This document shows, one piece after another, positions 46,745-55,409 of a stretch of 64,000 nt of DNA. The notes under the pieces were generated by a model. It did no database searches, was not told where the DNA came from, and was given only the letters and a program-made list of their open reading frames with translations. The position numbers and the translations under genes were made by a program. Positions within the stretch are counted from its first letter, which is position 1. Each line of letters begins with the position of its first letter. The stretch is from an uncultured Planctomycetaceae bacterium (GTDB lineage: Bacteria > Planctomycetota > Phycisphaerae > SM23-33), in contig CAYNYF010000007.1 in the NCBI GenBank assembly GCA_964401385.1, positions 3,206 through 67,205 on the forward strand. The letters run 5' to 3'.

Positions 46745-46774
46745 CGCCATTGATTGAATTGGGGGAAGTGAAAG

Positions 46775-47605
46775 ATGGGCAGGAACAGCGCGGAGCTGCC
46801 AACGTTGCCGCCGCTGGGGCCGCCCCCGCTCCCCTGGGCCGACGCCCCATCCGTCACCGCCGCTTGGCTGCGCCGCGTCAGCCGCGCGCTGGTGATCGGG
46901 ATAGTTCTCATTCTAGCAACGATGGGGATCTGGGTTGCGTGGGTCGTCTCGGGGGCAATGGCGTCACGCGCGGCGTGGACCATGCTGGCGTCGATCGCCC
47001 AGGCAGTGAGCATTTGGCTGTTGACCTGCCCGGAGCCGGGCAGGCGCGGCTGGCTTCAACGCCTACGATGGCTCTGCCGCCTGACCATGCTCGGCAGCGC
47101 GGGCGGGTATGTCCTGCTCGCTGCGCGGTCCTTTCGCCCAGACGCACTACCGATGGACACGACGACGCTCTCCACCATCACTCATGCCTGCAGGACCCTC
47201 GCGGCGATCAGCGCTGCCGCCGGCGCCCGGTATTGCGAGCTGCTCGCCCGGCGCCTGGGCGATCCGACACTGGGTAAGCATTTCCGCTGGATGAGAATCC
47301 TTTGCATCATCTTACTGGCGCTGGCGATCCTACCGTTGCTTCGGGCGCTCGGCATTTCCGGCGGCCTACTGAAGCCAAGGCCGCGTAGCTCGAGCCAGGC
47401 CACCCAAACCACAGAGCCAAGCCATACCACGCAGCCCTCGCCGACGAGCTGGAATGCCCGTCTCCCCTGCTTCGGCCTGCTCGTACTGCCCCTTAGCCTC
47501 TGGTCATTCTGGATGGCATGGCGCTTGTTCCGGCTGCTGCGCACGACGGGGGCTCGGTTGGAGGCCGAGTACATCCAAGCCCGGGGGCCGCCAGAACTTC
47601 TCTGA
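46775..47605 (+). CDS. hypothetical membrane protein
   Basis: 276-aa ORF with about 5 hydrophobic helices. No recognisable motif. Confidence 0.5.
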   Translation: MGRNSAELPTLPPLGPPPLPWADAPSVTAAWLRRVSRALVIGIVLILATMGIWVAWVVSGAMASRAAWTMLASIAQAVSIWLLTCPEPGRRGWLQRLRWLCRLTMLGSAGGYVLLAARSFRPDALPMDTTTLSTITHACRTLAAISAAAGARYCELLARRLGDPTLGKHFRWMRILCIILLALAILPLLRALGISGGLLKPRPRSSSQATQTTEPSHTTQPSPTSWNARLPCFGLLVLPLSLWSFWMAWRLFRLLRTTGARLEAEYIQARGPPELL

Positions 47606-47642
47606 TCGCGCCCGGTCAACGGATCCACCGGCCAAGTGATCA

Positions 47643-47960
47643 ACGCCCGCGGTTGACAACGGTGTCCGGCGGGGAGAGGTAGATGTAGTATCCCGAGCCG
47701 TGCTGGCTGCGATCGTGTCGGTACCAGAAATGCTCATACGGTGAATGCCCGCGGCGGCTGCAGACGGTGGGGTTGACCAGCACGATCAGCCGGTTGTGCT
47801 AGGTTTGGCGCATGCCGGCGTCCATGGCGCCGTACTCCTGCCGGGCGCCCCGGCCGAGAGCCGCGACGTCGGCTTGGGGGCAGCGACCGGCCTGGGGTGC
47901 CTGCTTTTGCCCTTGCCCGTCGAGGCAGGCGCCGATATGGTGCGGCCGAAGCTTGGCCAG
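47643..47960 (-). pseudogene. possible gene remnant with in-frame stop (…GRCPQADVAALGRGARQEYGAMDAGMRQT*HNRLIVLVNPTVCSRRGHSPYEHFWYRHDRSQHGSGYYIYLSPPDTVVNRGR)
   Basis: Minus-strand frame is open across about 300 bp except for one TAG at about 47800. Amino-acid composition is not typical wrong-frame Arg/Ala/Pro. No family recognised. Confidence 0.2.
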
Positions 47961-48919
47961 GAGAGGAATTGAGCAGAGCAGTGCGAAAAGGGGCCGCTGG
48001 AACCGCTTGCCTATTCTGCTGTGCTTTGCTTGCGGCCGGCTGCAACGGCCCCGAGCGACTTCATCCGGCGCATCAGATTCTCCAAGCCCCCGCCGAGACG
48101 ATCAGCATCTACCAGCTCGCCGGCCGGCTGAAGCTGCGCCTGGCCGAGCAGAGCGAGCACCGCGCCACGCTGCGGGACAGCGCCAACGCCGTGACGATCT
48201 TCGCCGACCCGGGCGGAGCGGTCTTCCTCAACGGCGCCCGGCTCGCCCACCACGGACCGATCGTCAAAGTCAATGGAATGCTGTTCGTGCCCGGCTCGAT
48301 CGCGCCGACGATCCGCCCGCTCCTCCGCCCGGCCCGTCCCGGCATTGCACGCCGCAGGCCGCCGCCGGTCAAACGGCCTTCCCTGGGCACGGTCGTTCTG
48401 GATCCCGGGCACGGGGGGCGAGACCCCGGCGCCATCGGCTGCAACGGGATGTTCGAGAAGGAATGCGTGCTGGCGGTGGCCCTCCTGGTCCGGCGGCAAC
48501 TGTCGGTCTCCAACGTCAAAGTCATCATGACCCGCCGGGACGACCGCTTCATCTCGCTGGAACGGCGGGCCGAGATCGCCAACCAGGCCGGGCCGGACCT
48601 GTTCGTGTCCATCCACGCCGACTCGGCCCCCAGCCGGGCCGCCCACGGGCATACCCTGTATCTGGCCGGCGGGGCGTCGGGGGAGTCCAAGGCGCTCGCC
48701 CGCTGCATTGACCGGCGGCTGACTGAAAAACGCATCAGCTCGCGCGGCGTCCGCCGGGCCAACTTCCGCGTGCTGGTGCAGACGACGTGCCCGGCCGTGC
48801 TAGTGGAGATCGGATATCTCTCCAATGATTCCGAGGCACGCCGGCTGGCGACGGGCGGACACCGCCAGGACGTCGCGGACGCCATCGCCGGCGGCATCAT
48901 CGACGCGCTGCGGCAATAG
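47897..48919 (+). CDS. N-acetylmuramoyl-L-alanine amidase (Amidase_3, AmiC-like) lipoprotein
   Basis: Lipobox LLAAGCNG. Amidase_3 motifs VVLDPGHGGRDPGA and VSIHADS. Start uncertain (TTG 47969 or GTG 47981 are alternatives). Confidence 0.8.
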   Translation: MPAFALARRGRRRYGAAEAWPGEELSRAVRKGAAGTACLFCCALLAAGCNGPERLHPAHQILQAPAETISIYQLAGRLKLRLAEQSEHRATLRDSANAVTIFADPGGAVFLNGARLAHHGPIVKVNGMLFVPGSIAPTIRPLLRPARPGIARRRPPPVKRPSLGTVVLDPGHGGRDPGAIGCNGMFEKECVLAVALLVRRQLSVSNVKVIMTRRDDRFISLERRAEIANQAGPDLFVSIHADSAPSRAAHGHTLYLAGGASGESKALARCIDRRLTEKRISSRGVRRANFRVLVQTTCPAVLVEIGYLSNDSEARRLATGGHRQDVADAIAGGIIDALRQ

Positions 48920-48990
48920 CGCGCATGCGCGAAATCCCAAGCAGCAAATCTCAAACACATCAAACCACGAGAGCGCGGACTCCGCGCCTA
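48920..48990. terminator. two GC-rich palindromes between convergent genes (candidate bidirectional terminator)
   Basis: cgcgcatgcgcg (perfect palindrome) directly after the amidase stop. gcgcggactccgcgc hairpin at about 48973-48988 followed by tatatgtt. Confidence 0.35.
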
Positions 48991-49042
48991 TATGTTCGGT
49001 CCTTGCCGCAAGCGCGGCCGGCGCGCTCGGAGACACAGCGCT

Positions 49043-50059
49043 CTAGAGGTCAATGAAGACCTTCATCGTCTTCGGGCCGGCCTGGTCGATGTGCCGGTAC
49101 GCGCCGAGAAAGTCCGCGAAGTCGAAGTGTCTGCTCACCAGCGGATCGGTGACGATCCTGCCGGCCTCGATTGCGGCCACGGCGCCTTCGTAATCTTCCT
49201 TCTTGTACATCAACGTGCCGATGAGCGTCAGTTCGTGGTCTTGCACGAGGGCGAGGTCCACCGTCGGCTTCTCGCCGAACACGCCCACGACGACGATCGT
49301 GCCGCCTTTGCTGACGTTCTCGACGGCCGCGGAGATCGCCTGCTCGGCGCCGGCGCACTCGAACGCCACGTCGAAGCCGTCCTTGCCGAAAACGCGCCCG
49401 GCGGCGGCGCCCAGCGATTCGGCGCCGGCGTTGGCGGTGCTGGCGATGCCGCAGCTTCGCGCCACCTCCAGTCGATACTCGCTCAAGTCTGTGATCAGCA
49501 CGTTGGCCCCGGCGGCGCGGGCGGCTTGGGCGGTGAGGTTGCCGATCGGCCCGGCCCCCAGCACGGCCACGTTCCGCCCCACGACCTCGCCGGCGCGGCC
49601 GACGGCGTGAACGGCCACGGAAACCGGCTCGACCAGCGCCCCCTGCTCGAAGCTGAACGAGGCCGGCAGCGGGATGACCTTCTCAACCCCGGTCACGAAC
49701 AGCTCTTGCGCCACTCCGTCTGCCTGAAAGCCCTGGACTTTGAGCTTCTCGCAGATGTGGTAGTCGCCGCGCCGGCACGGCCGGCAGGTGCCGCAGACGA
49801 TCTGCGGCATGGCGGTGACCTTCTGCCCGGCCCGAAGGCCCGTCACGCCCGCCCCGACGGCCTCGACCACGGCGGCGAACTCGTGCCCCTGGATGACCGG
49901 ATACGAGGTGTACGGGTGCCGACCGTGCCAGACGTGCACGTCCGAGCCGCAGATGCCGATCCGCTTGATCCGCAGTAGCACCTCGCCCGCGCCCGGGACG
50001 GGCGCATCGGCGGCGCGGAATTCAATTTTCCCCGGCGCGACCATGACGGCCTGCTTCAT
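49043..50059 (-). CDS. zinc-dependent dehydrogenase (sorbitol/threonine dehydrogenase-like MDR family)
   Basis: GICGSDVHVW...GHE. Structural Zn Cys cluster (CGTCRPCRRGDYHIC). Rossmann VLGAGPIG. Start at MKQAVMVAP. ORF-track arithmetic used for coordinates. Confidence 0.8.
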   Translation of the reverse strand: MKQAVMVAPGKIEFRAADAPVPGAGEVLLRIKRIGICGSDVHVWHGRHPYTSYPVIQGHEFAAVVEAVGAGVTGLRAGQKVTAMPQIVCGTCRPCRRGDYHICEKLKVQGFQADGVAQELFVTGVEKVIPLPASFSFEQGALVEPVSVAVHAVGRAGEVVGRNVAVLGAGPIGNLTAQAARAAGANVLITDLSEYRLEVARSCGIASTANAGAESLGAAAGRVFGKDGFDVAFECAGAEQAISAAVENVSKGGTIVVVGVFGEKPTVDLALVQDHELTLIGTLMYKKEDYEGAVAAIEAGRIVTDPLVSRHFDFADFLGAYRHIDQAGPKTMKVFIDL

Positions 50060-50276
50060 TGCGATTTCCTCCTCGCGACAATTCATTATTCTTCGGCGCG
50101 GCCGCCGGCACAACCCCGCCGCGGCGCAAAGAGATGCCCGCTTCGCCGCGCCGGCCACCCATTTTTGCCATATCGAAATGCAAATCGTAGAGTTTTCAAG
50201 GAAAAGCGTCAGCCTCCATCGACCGATGTAACGCCTGTTGATGTTCCGCCAACGGAGGATCCGTGGAGACGGTCAA

Positions 50277-50461
50277 TGAAGTATCGCGTGCATTATTCCG
50301 TGGCAAACGAGCGCCGCACGGCCGAAGTTGAGGCCGGATCGCCCCACGAAGCCATCATCAAGTTTCGGCACACACGCAGCGACTACAACGATCGCCGGGG
50401 GCGACCTTCGCAAGTTCTCAGCGTCTCACCCGAGCCGAACCTGGAAGAACTCACGCGTTGA
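50277..50461 (+). CDS. hypothetical small protein (61 aa)
   Basis: ATG preceded by GGAGACGG. Balanced composition (MKYRVHYSVANERRTAEVEAGSPHEAIIKFRH...). Confidence 0.35.
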
Positions 50462-50504
50462 GTCGCCGCCGCCCGCCGTCCGTTAACCCGCCAGAAAAAA
50501 TTCC

Positions 50505-50606
50505 GCGCTAGGCTGGTCACAGGAATGTTTGCCCGCCCGCCTGGCGCCCGCCTGGCGCCCGCCTGCCTTCCGGAAGTGGGCAGGGAGGTGGGCAGGTCCA
50601 TTGTTC
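50505..50606. repeat. GC-rich intergenic element, copy B (contains internal duplication cccgcctggcg x2)
   Basis: See copy A at 15776-15846. Located just downstream of the minus-strand gene ending at 50626. Confidence 0.5.
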
Positions 50607-50625
50607 GAACATTGTTGCAGTCCGC

Positions 50626-50850
50626 TCAGGGCGCGCCCACGATGCCACAGGTCACCAGGAAGGCCAGCCAACCCAGGAAGATGAGGGCAAGAACGACGTA
50701 GGCCCACAGCGGGCGGGACGCGCTGCGGTCCGGAATTCCACTTACCACGTCCACCGGCTCGGGCGCGCGCGTTTCCGGACGAGGGCCCTTCTGCCGGGCT
50801 TGGCCGGACCGGGCGCGACTGCCTGAAGCTTTCCTCGCTCCGCGGGCCAT
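50626..50850 (-). CDS. hypothetical small membrane protein (74 aa, one TM helix)
   Basis: C-terminal hydrophobic helix LWAYVVLALIFLGWLAFLVTCGIV. Lies at the end of the metG operon. Confidence 0.4.
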   Translation of the reverse strand: MARGARKASGSRARSGQARQKGPRPETRAPEPVDVVSGIPDRSASRPLWAYVVLALIFLGWLAFLVTCGIVGAP

Positions 50851-50858
50851 CGGCGTTC

Positions 50859-51263
50859 CTATTCCTTGAGGATCTCCCCCGTCCCGAAGGCTTCGTCGAA
50901 GTCGAAGACGTCGCGGAAGTCTTCCAGGCTGTCCTCTTCGGTCTTGCCCATGAGTTCGTTCTCAACGAGCAGATACACCATGTTCCCGAAGTCCACGGTG
51001 GCGTGAATGCGCCACTTGGCCAGAACCGTCTTCGCCAGCAGTCCCCATCTTTCCATCGCCTCTTCGCGCAGGGCGTGGCAGAGCTGCTGGCCGGTAACGT
51101 GGCGAGGCCGGCCGGCCTTCCCGGCCTCGCCGTGAACCTCCTTCGCCGCCCGAGCCAGGCCCTCGTACAGGAAGGCGAACGCATCCAGCGGATACCGCCC
51201 ATCCGCGCGAACGACTTCGAGCAGCAGCTTCTCGGGAGGCTTCTTTCCGGATTTCTCAGTCAT
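50859..51263 (-). CDS. hypothetical conserved cytoplasmic protein (134 aa) translationally coupled to metG
   Basis: Start overlaps the metG stop (ATGA). Balanced composition. Confidence 0.6.
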   Translation of the reverse strand: MTEKSGKKPPEKLLLEVVRADGRYPLDAFAFLYEGLARAAKEVHGEAGKAGRPRHVTGQQLCHALREEAMERWGLLAKTVLAKWRIHATVDFGNMVYLLVENELMGKTEEDSLEDFRDVFDFDEAFGTGEILKE

Positions 51264-52858
51264 TGCTTTCTGGGGAACAGCACGTCCGCCTTGACAACGG
51301 GCGTGCCGGGCTCGAGCCGGCCGAACCTGGCTCGCTCAGACAAGGCCGCCGGATCGGCCGCCGTCAGGCCGAGCTGGGCCAATCCCTCGCCGGCCTTTTC
51401 CGGCATGAACGGCTCCAGGCAGCTCAGCACGATTCTGACCACCTCGGCGCAGGTGTAAAGGATCGTTCCCAGCCGGTCGCGCCGGGCGGGGTCCTTGGCC
51501 AGCCGGAACGGCTCGGTGGCGTCGATGTAACGGTTCGCCCCCGTGGCCAGCGCCAACACGGCCCGCAGGTACTCGCTGAACTGACAGCCCGCCATGGCCG
51601 CGGGACCGTCCTCTTGCAGCCGCTTCAGCGGGCCCGCGATGGACGCATTCTCGGCCTCGCCCGCAAGCTCGCGGGTCAAGCCTTCCGGCGAGCCCGGCAG
51701 GACTTTCTGCTGCGTTGGGGGGATTCGGCCCTCGAAGTACCGCCCGATCATGTTGACCGTTCGGCTCAGGAGGTTGCCGACGTCGTTGGCCAGCTCGGTG
51801 TTGTACCGGCCCTTCACGGCCTCGCGCGAGAAGTCCCCGTCCAGCCCGAACGGCACCTCCCGCAGCAGAAAGTACCGCAGCACGTCGCGCGAGTACTCCG
51901 CGCAGAGCTCGGCGATGACCTCGCGCGAGACGAAGTTGCCCAGGCTCTTGGACATCTTCTTGCCCTCGGCAGTCCACCAGCCGTGGGCGAAGACGGTTCG
52001 CGGCAGCGGCAGGTCCAGCGCCAGCAGCATGCAAGGCCAGTACACCGCGTGGAACCAGAGGATGTCCTTGCCGATCAGTTGCACGTCCGCCGGCCAATAC
52101 TTCCAGCGGGCGCCGTCCTCGCCGTCGCCGACCGGCGGATGGCCCAGGGCGGTAATGTAATTGCTCAGGGCGTCGATCCAGACGTAGACGCGGTGATCCG
52201 CGTCGTTGGGCATCTCGATGCCCCAGCTCAGCGTACAGCGGGAGATGCTCAAATCGCCCACGCCGGCGGCGATCTTGCTGACGACCTCGTTTAGCCGCGA
52301 CTCCGGCCGGATGAACTCCGGGTGGGCCTCGACGTGGCGCAGCAGCTTGTCGGTCCATTGGCTCAGGCGGAAGAAGTAGCTCGGCTCGGTATACCGCACC
52401 AGGGGCTTCCCGGAAATCGGCGATTTGTAATCGTTCTCGCGGGCGGCGGTCTCGGTGACGAACTCTTCCTGCCCCTGGTCGTACCAGCCCTCGTACTTGC
52501 CCAGGTAGATCTGCCCGCGCTTCTCCAGCATCTTGATGATTTTCTGGACGCGTTTCGTGTGTCGCGGCTCGGTGGTGCGGATGAAGTCGTCGTAGGCGAT
52601 GTTGAGATCGCGCCAGAGGTTTCGGTAGTGCACGACGAACTCGTCGCAGTGCTGCTGCGGATCGACGCCCCGCTCAGCCGCGGCCGCGGCCACCTTCGAG
52701 GCGTTCTCGTCCGTGCCCGTGAGGAAGTGCACGTCGCGGCCCATGGCGCGGTGGTAGCGGGCCAGCACGTCGGCCGCGACGGTCGTGTAGGCGTGACCGA
52801 TGTGCGGAGAGTCGTTCACGTAATAAATCGGCGTCGTGATGTAGAACTTCTCGGCCAT
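51260..52858 (-). CDS. metG: methionine--tRNA ligase (short form)
   Basis: Class I HIGH motif PHIGHAYTT. KMSKS motif KMSKSLGN. Anticodon-binding C-terminal region. 532 aa. Confidence 0.9.
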   Translation of the reverse strand: MAEKFYITTPIYYVNDSPHIGHAYTTVAADVLARYHRAMGRDVHFLTGTDENASKVAAAAAERGVDPQQHCDEFVVHYRNLWRDLNIAYDDFIRTTEPRHTKRVQKIIKMLEKRGQIYLGKYEGWYDQGQEEFVTETAARENDYKSPISGKPLVRYTEPSYFFRLSQWTDKLLRHVEAHPEFIRPESRLNEVVSKIAAGVGDLSISRCTLSWGIEMPNDADHRVYVWIDALSNYITALGHPPVGDGEDGARWKYWPADVQLIGKDILWFHAVYWPCMLLALDLPLPRTVFAHGWWTAEGKKMSKSLGNFVSREVIAELCAEYSRDVLRYFLLREVPFGLDGDFSREAVKGRYNTELANDVGNLLSRTVNMIGRYFEGRIPPTQQKVLPGSPEGLTRELAGEAENASIAGPLKRLQEDGPAAMAGCQFSEYLRAVLALATGANRYIDATEPFRLAKDPARRDRLGTILYTCAEVVRIVLSCLEPFMPEKAGEGLAQLGLTAADPAALSERARFGRLEPGTPVVKADVLFPRKQ

Positions 52859-53131
52859 GCTCTCGCCACCTCGCTGATACGATCCGCTTCACAGCATCGC
52901 CGCCGGCGGGCAAATGTCAAGACTCGGAGAAGCTCAGCCGCCCATCGGGCACGCTCAGCTTCGGCGCCGAGCGCCGAGGCCGGCGGCAGGGCGAGATTCC
53001 CCTGTGCAACCTACGACGGAGAAGGCGGTCTTCGGGTCGCATACTCCCCACGGACCCGCCTGGGGCGAAAGGTCGAGGTGAAGAAGGTCGCGGCCGCCGG
53101 CAAGTCAGCGGCCCGCTCGGGCGGATTCTCC

Positions 53132-54454
53132 CTATGGCTGCGGTCCGGGCCCGGAGGGCTTGCTGCCGCCGGGTCTTTTCCTTCGTCTGCGGCGGCGCTT
53201 CTTGCCGGGGCTATTGCCGGCCGACTGTGCCTGCGGCGGCTTGCCGGAGGGCGGCGTCGCCGGCTGCGAGGACGCCGAGGGCGCTTCACGGCGCTGGCCC
53301 CTGTTCTTTCGCGGGCGCCGGCGGCGACGACGCCCGGACGACTTGCCGGCGGAGGCGGGTTGCTCCGCGCTGCGCCCGCCTTCCGGCGGACCGGCCTCCT
53401 CGGGCGCATCCGGCTCGGCCGAACCGGAATCGCCCGTCGGCTCCCACTCCTCGACCGGCTGCGGCGGCTTCTTCGCCATCGCCGCGGCCGCGGCCCTGCG
53501 CTCAGCGAGCGTCGGCGGCCCGGTCGGCTCGGGAACGTCGCGCTCGACGATGTCCTCATTGGCGACGACGACCTGCGCCTGGTCCGGCAGCCCCAGGCGA
53601 ACCAGTTGCGCGAGGATCTGCACCTCCAGGACCTTGCCCACCACGCCGTCGCCGGTGCGGATCCAGGTTTTCTTTTTCGGCAGCCTGGCCTGCAACTCCT
53701 CGTACGTTCGATCTTCGTACCGAAGGCAGCACATCAGCCGGCCGCAACGACCGGAGATCTTGGCCGGGTCCAACGTCGCCTTCTGCGACTTGGCCATCCG
53801 CATCGAGACCGGTTTGAGCAGCTTGAGAAACTTCTGGCAGCAGCACTGTCGGCCGCAACGCTCGTAGTCGGCGAGCAGCCGGGCCTCGTCTCGCGCCCCC
53901 ACCTGCCGCATCTCTATCCGCGTGTGGTAGCGCTCAGCCAGCTCCCGGACCAGCTCCCGGAAGTCCACGCGCTGCTCGGCCACGAAGTAGAAGACGATGC
54001 GCTCGCCGCCCAACAGGTGCTCGACGAAGATCAGCTTCATCTCCAGGCGGAGCTGCCCGATCCGCTGGCGGCAGAAGGCGGCCTCTTCGCTGGCGGAGTG
54101 GTCAAGGTGCTGCTGATCGTTGAGGTCCTGGGCGGTGGCGACGCGCAGAATTCTTCCGCCGCGGCTGAGGGGATATTCCCGCCCGCTGGCCTGGAGGTAC
54201 CTGCCGAGTGATTCGTCGCTAATAGACCACGGCCCCGACTCGCCGCCCAGGTGAATCAGCACCTGAGCCAGTTCGGCCCCGCGCTCGCTTCGAACCACCA
54301 CTCTCGAGCCCGTCGGCGGCGGATCCATCTCATGGCCGAATATTCCTATATGCCCCATCCGGCCGTACCGCGCCACGACGCACCGCCCCTCTCGATCGCC
54401 CTCTCCCAGTTCCACGGGAGACCCCAAAGATGACTCGGCTTGGTCCGACATCAA
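53132..54454 (-). CDS. PSP1 C-terminal domain protein (RicT/YaaT-like) with highly basic Arg/Lys-rich C-terminal tail
   Basis: PSP1 Cys cluster ERCGRQCCCQKFL...GRCGRLMCCLRYE. Tail ...SSGRRRRRRPRKNRGQRR...GKKRRRRRRKRPGG. Confidence 0.8.
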   Translation of the reverse strand: MMSDQAESSLGSPVELGEGDREGRCVVARYGRMGHIGIFGHEMDPPPTGSRVVVRSERGAELAQVLIHLGGESGPWSISDESLGRYLQASGREYPLSRGGRILRVATAQDLNDQQHLDHSASEEAAFCRQRIGQLRLEMKLIFVEHLLGGERIVFYFVAEQRVDFRELVRELAERYHTRIEMRQVGARDEARLLADYERCGRQCCCQKFLKLLKPVSMRMAKSQKATLDPAKISGRCGRLMCCLRYEDRTYEELQARLPKKKTWIRTGDGVVGKVLEVQILAQLVRLGLPDQAQVVVANEDIVERDVPEPTGPPTLAERRAAAAAMAKKPPQPVEEWEPTGDSGSAEPDAPEEAGPPEGGRSAEQPASAGKSSGRRRRRRPRKNRGQRREAPSASSQPATPPSGKPPQAQSAGNSPGKKRRRRRRKRPGGSKPSGPGPQP

Positions 54455-54634
54455 AAGCTTCCCTAAAATTCTTCCAAAGGTGATTATATCACGCCCCGCC
54501 GAGACAACCCAAGCGGCTTCTGCCCCGCCGGCGGCCCCACCGGCGTCGGCCCGCGGCGAAAGTGCAATTACGAAAGAATCGCTCGCCGTCTGGCCGATAG
54601 CTCAATAGGATCATCGGTCACGCAGACCAAAGGA

Positions 54635-55318
54635 GTGAGGATGCCTCGCGTGTGGGTGGTGTATGTGGCTGCGCTTGCCCTATTGGCTCTCGCCGGCTGC
54701 CAGACCGGCGCCCGTGTGGTCGTTCCGGACTTGCCGTCCGATTCGATCTTCGTTGGCCGGCCCGCGCGGCCCGCGCCGAAGGTCAAGCTTACGAAGGCGC
54801 CCCCGCCGAGAGCCTCCGGGAGCGTGCCGCGCTCGTGGATTCCGGGCGTGTATGAGCGCCCGTGGCGATGGATCGTGATTCACCACAGCGCCAGCGACGC
54901 GGGCTCGGCCGAAATCTTCGACCGCTGGCACCGGGCGAGGGGATGGGATGAGCTGGGCTACCATTTCGTCATCACCAACGGACACGGGGGCAGGGACGGG
55001 CAGGTCGAGGTCGGCTCCCGATGGCGCAAGCAGAAGTGGGGCGCCCACTGCGGCGGAACCCCCCACAACGACTACAACAACTACGGCATCGGCGTCTGCC
55101 TGGTCGGGGACTTCAGCGAGAAACTGCCGTCCCAGGCCCAACTGCGGTCGCTGAAGAAGCTGGTGACTTTTCTGGCCCGGCGGTACGCGATCGATCCCCT
55201 GCACGTAATCGGTCACCGGGACGCCCCCAACGCCGCGACGGCGTGTCCGGGCGATGCCCTGCACCGCTACATCAGAACAGACCTTCGCCCGTCGCTGCGG
55301 CAAATGGCGAGCCGTTAA
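54635..55318 (+). CDS. N-acetylmuramoyl-L-alanine amidase (Amidase_2 / PGRP domain) lipoprotein
   Basis: Lipobox LALAGCQ. Amidase_2 motifs IVIHHSAS, GYHFVI, HCGG...NYGIGVCLVGDF, IGHRD...TACPG. Confidence 0.8.
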   Translation: MRMPRVWVVYVAALALLALAGCQTGARVVVPDLPSDSIFVGRPARPAPKVKLTKAPPPRASGSVPRSWIPGVYERPWRWIVIHHSASDAGSAEIFDRWHRARGWDELGYHFVITNGHGGRDGQVEVGSRWRKQKWGAHCGGTPHNDYNNYGIGVCLVGDFSEKLPSQAQLRSLKKLVTFLARRYAIDPLHVIGHRDAPNAATACPGDALHRYIRTDLRPSLRQMASR

Positions 55319-55409
55319 GGCCGATCCGCTCAAACCAACGCATGGAGCAAGCTGCAACTGGCCCGTTTCGCGATCGGTCGCGTGCTCGCCGAAGTGACGC
55401 CCTTACGGC

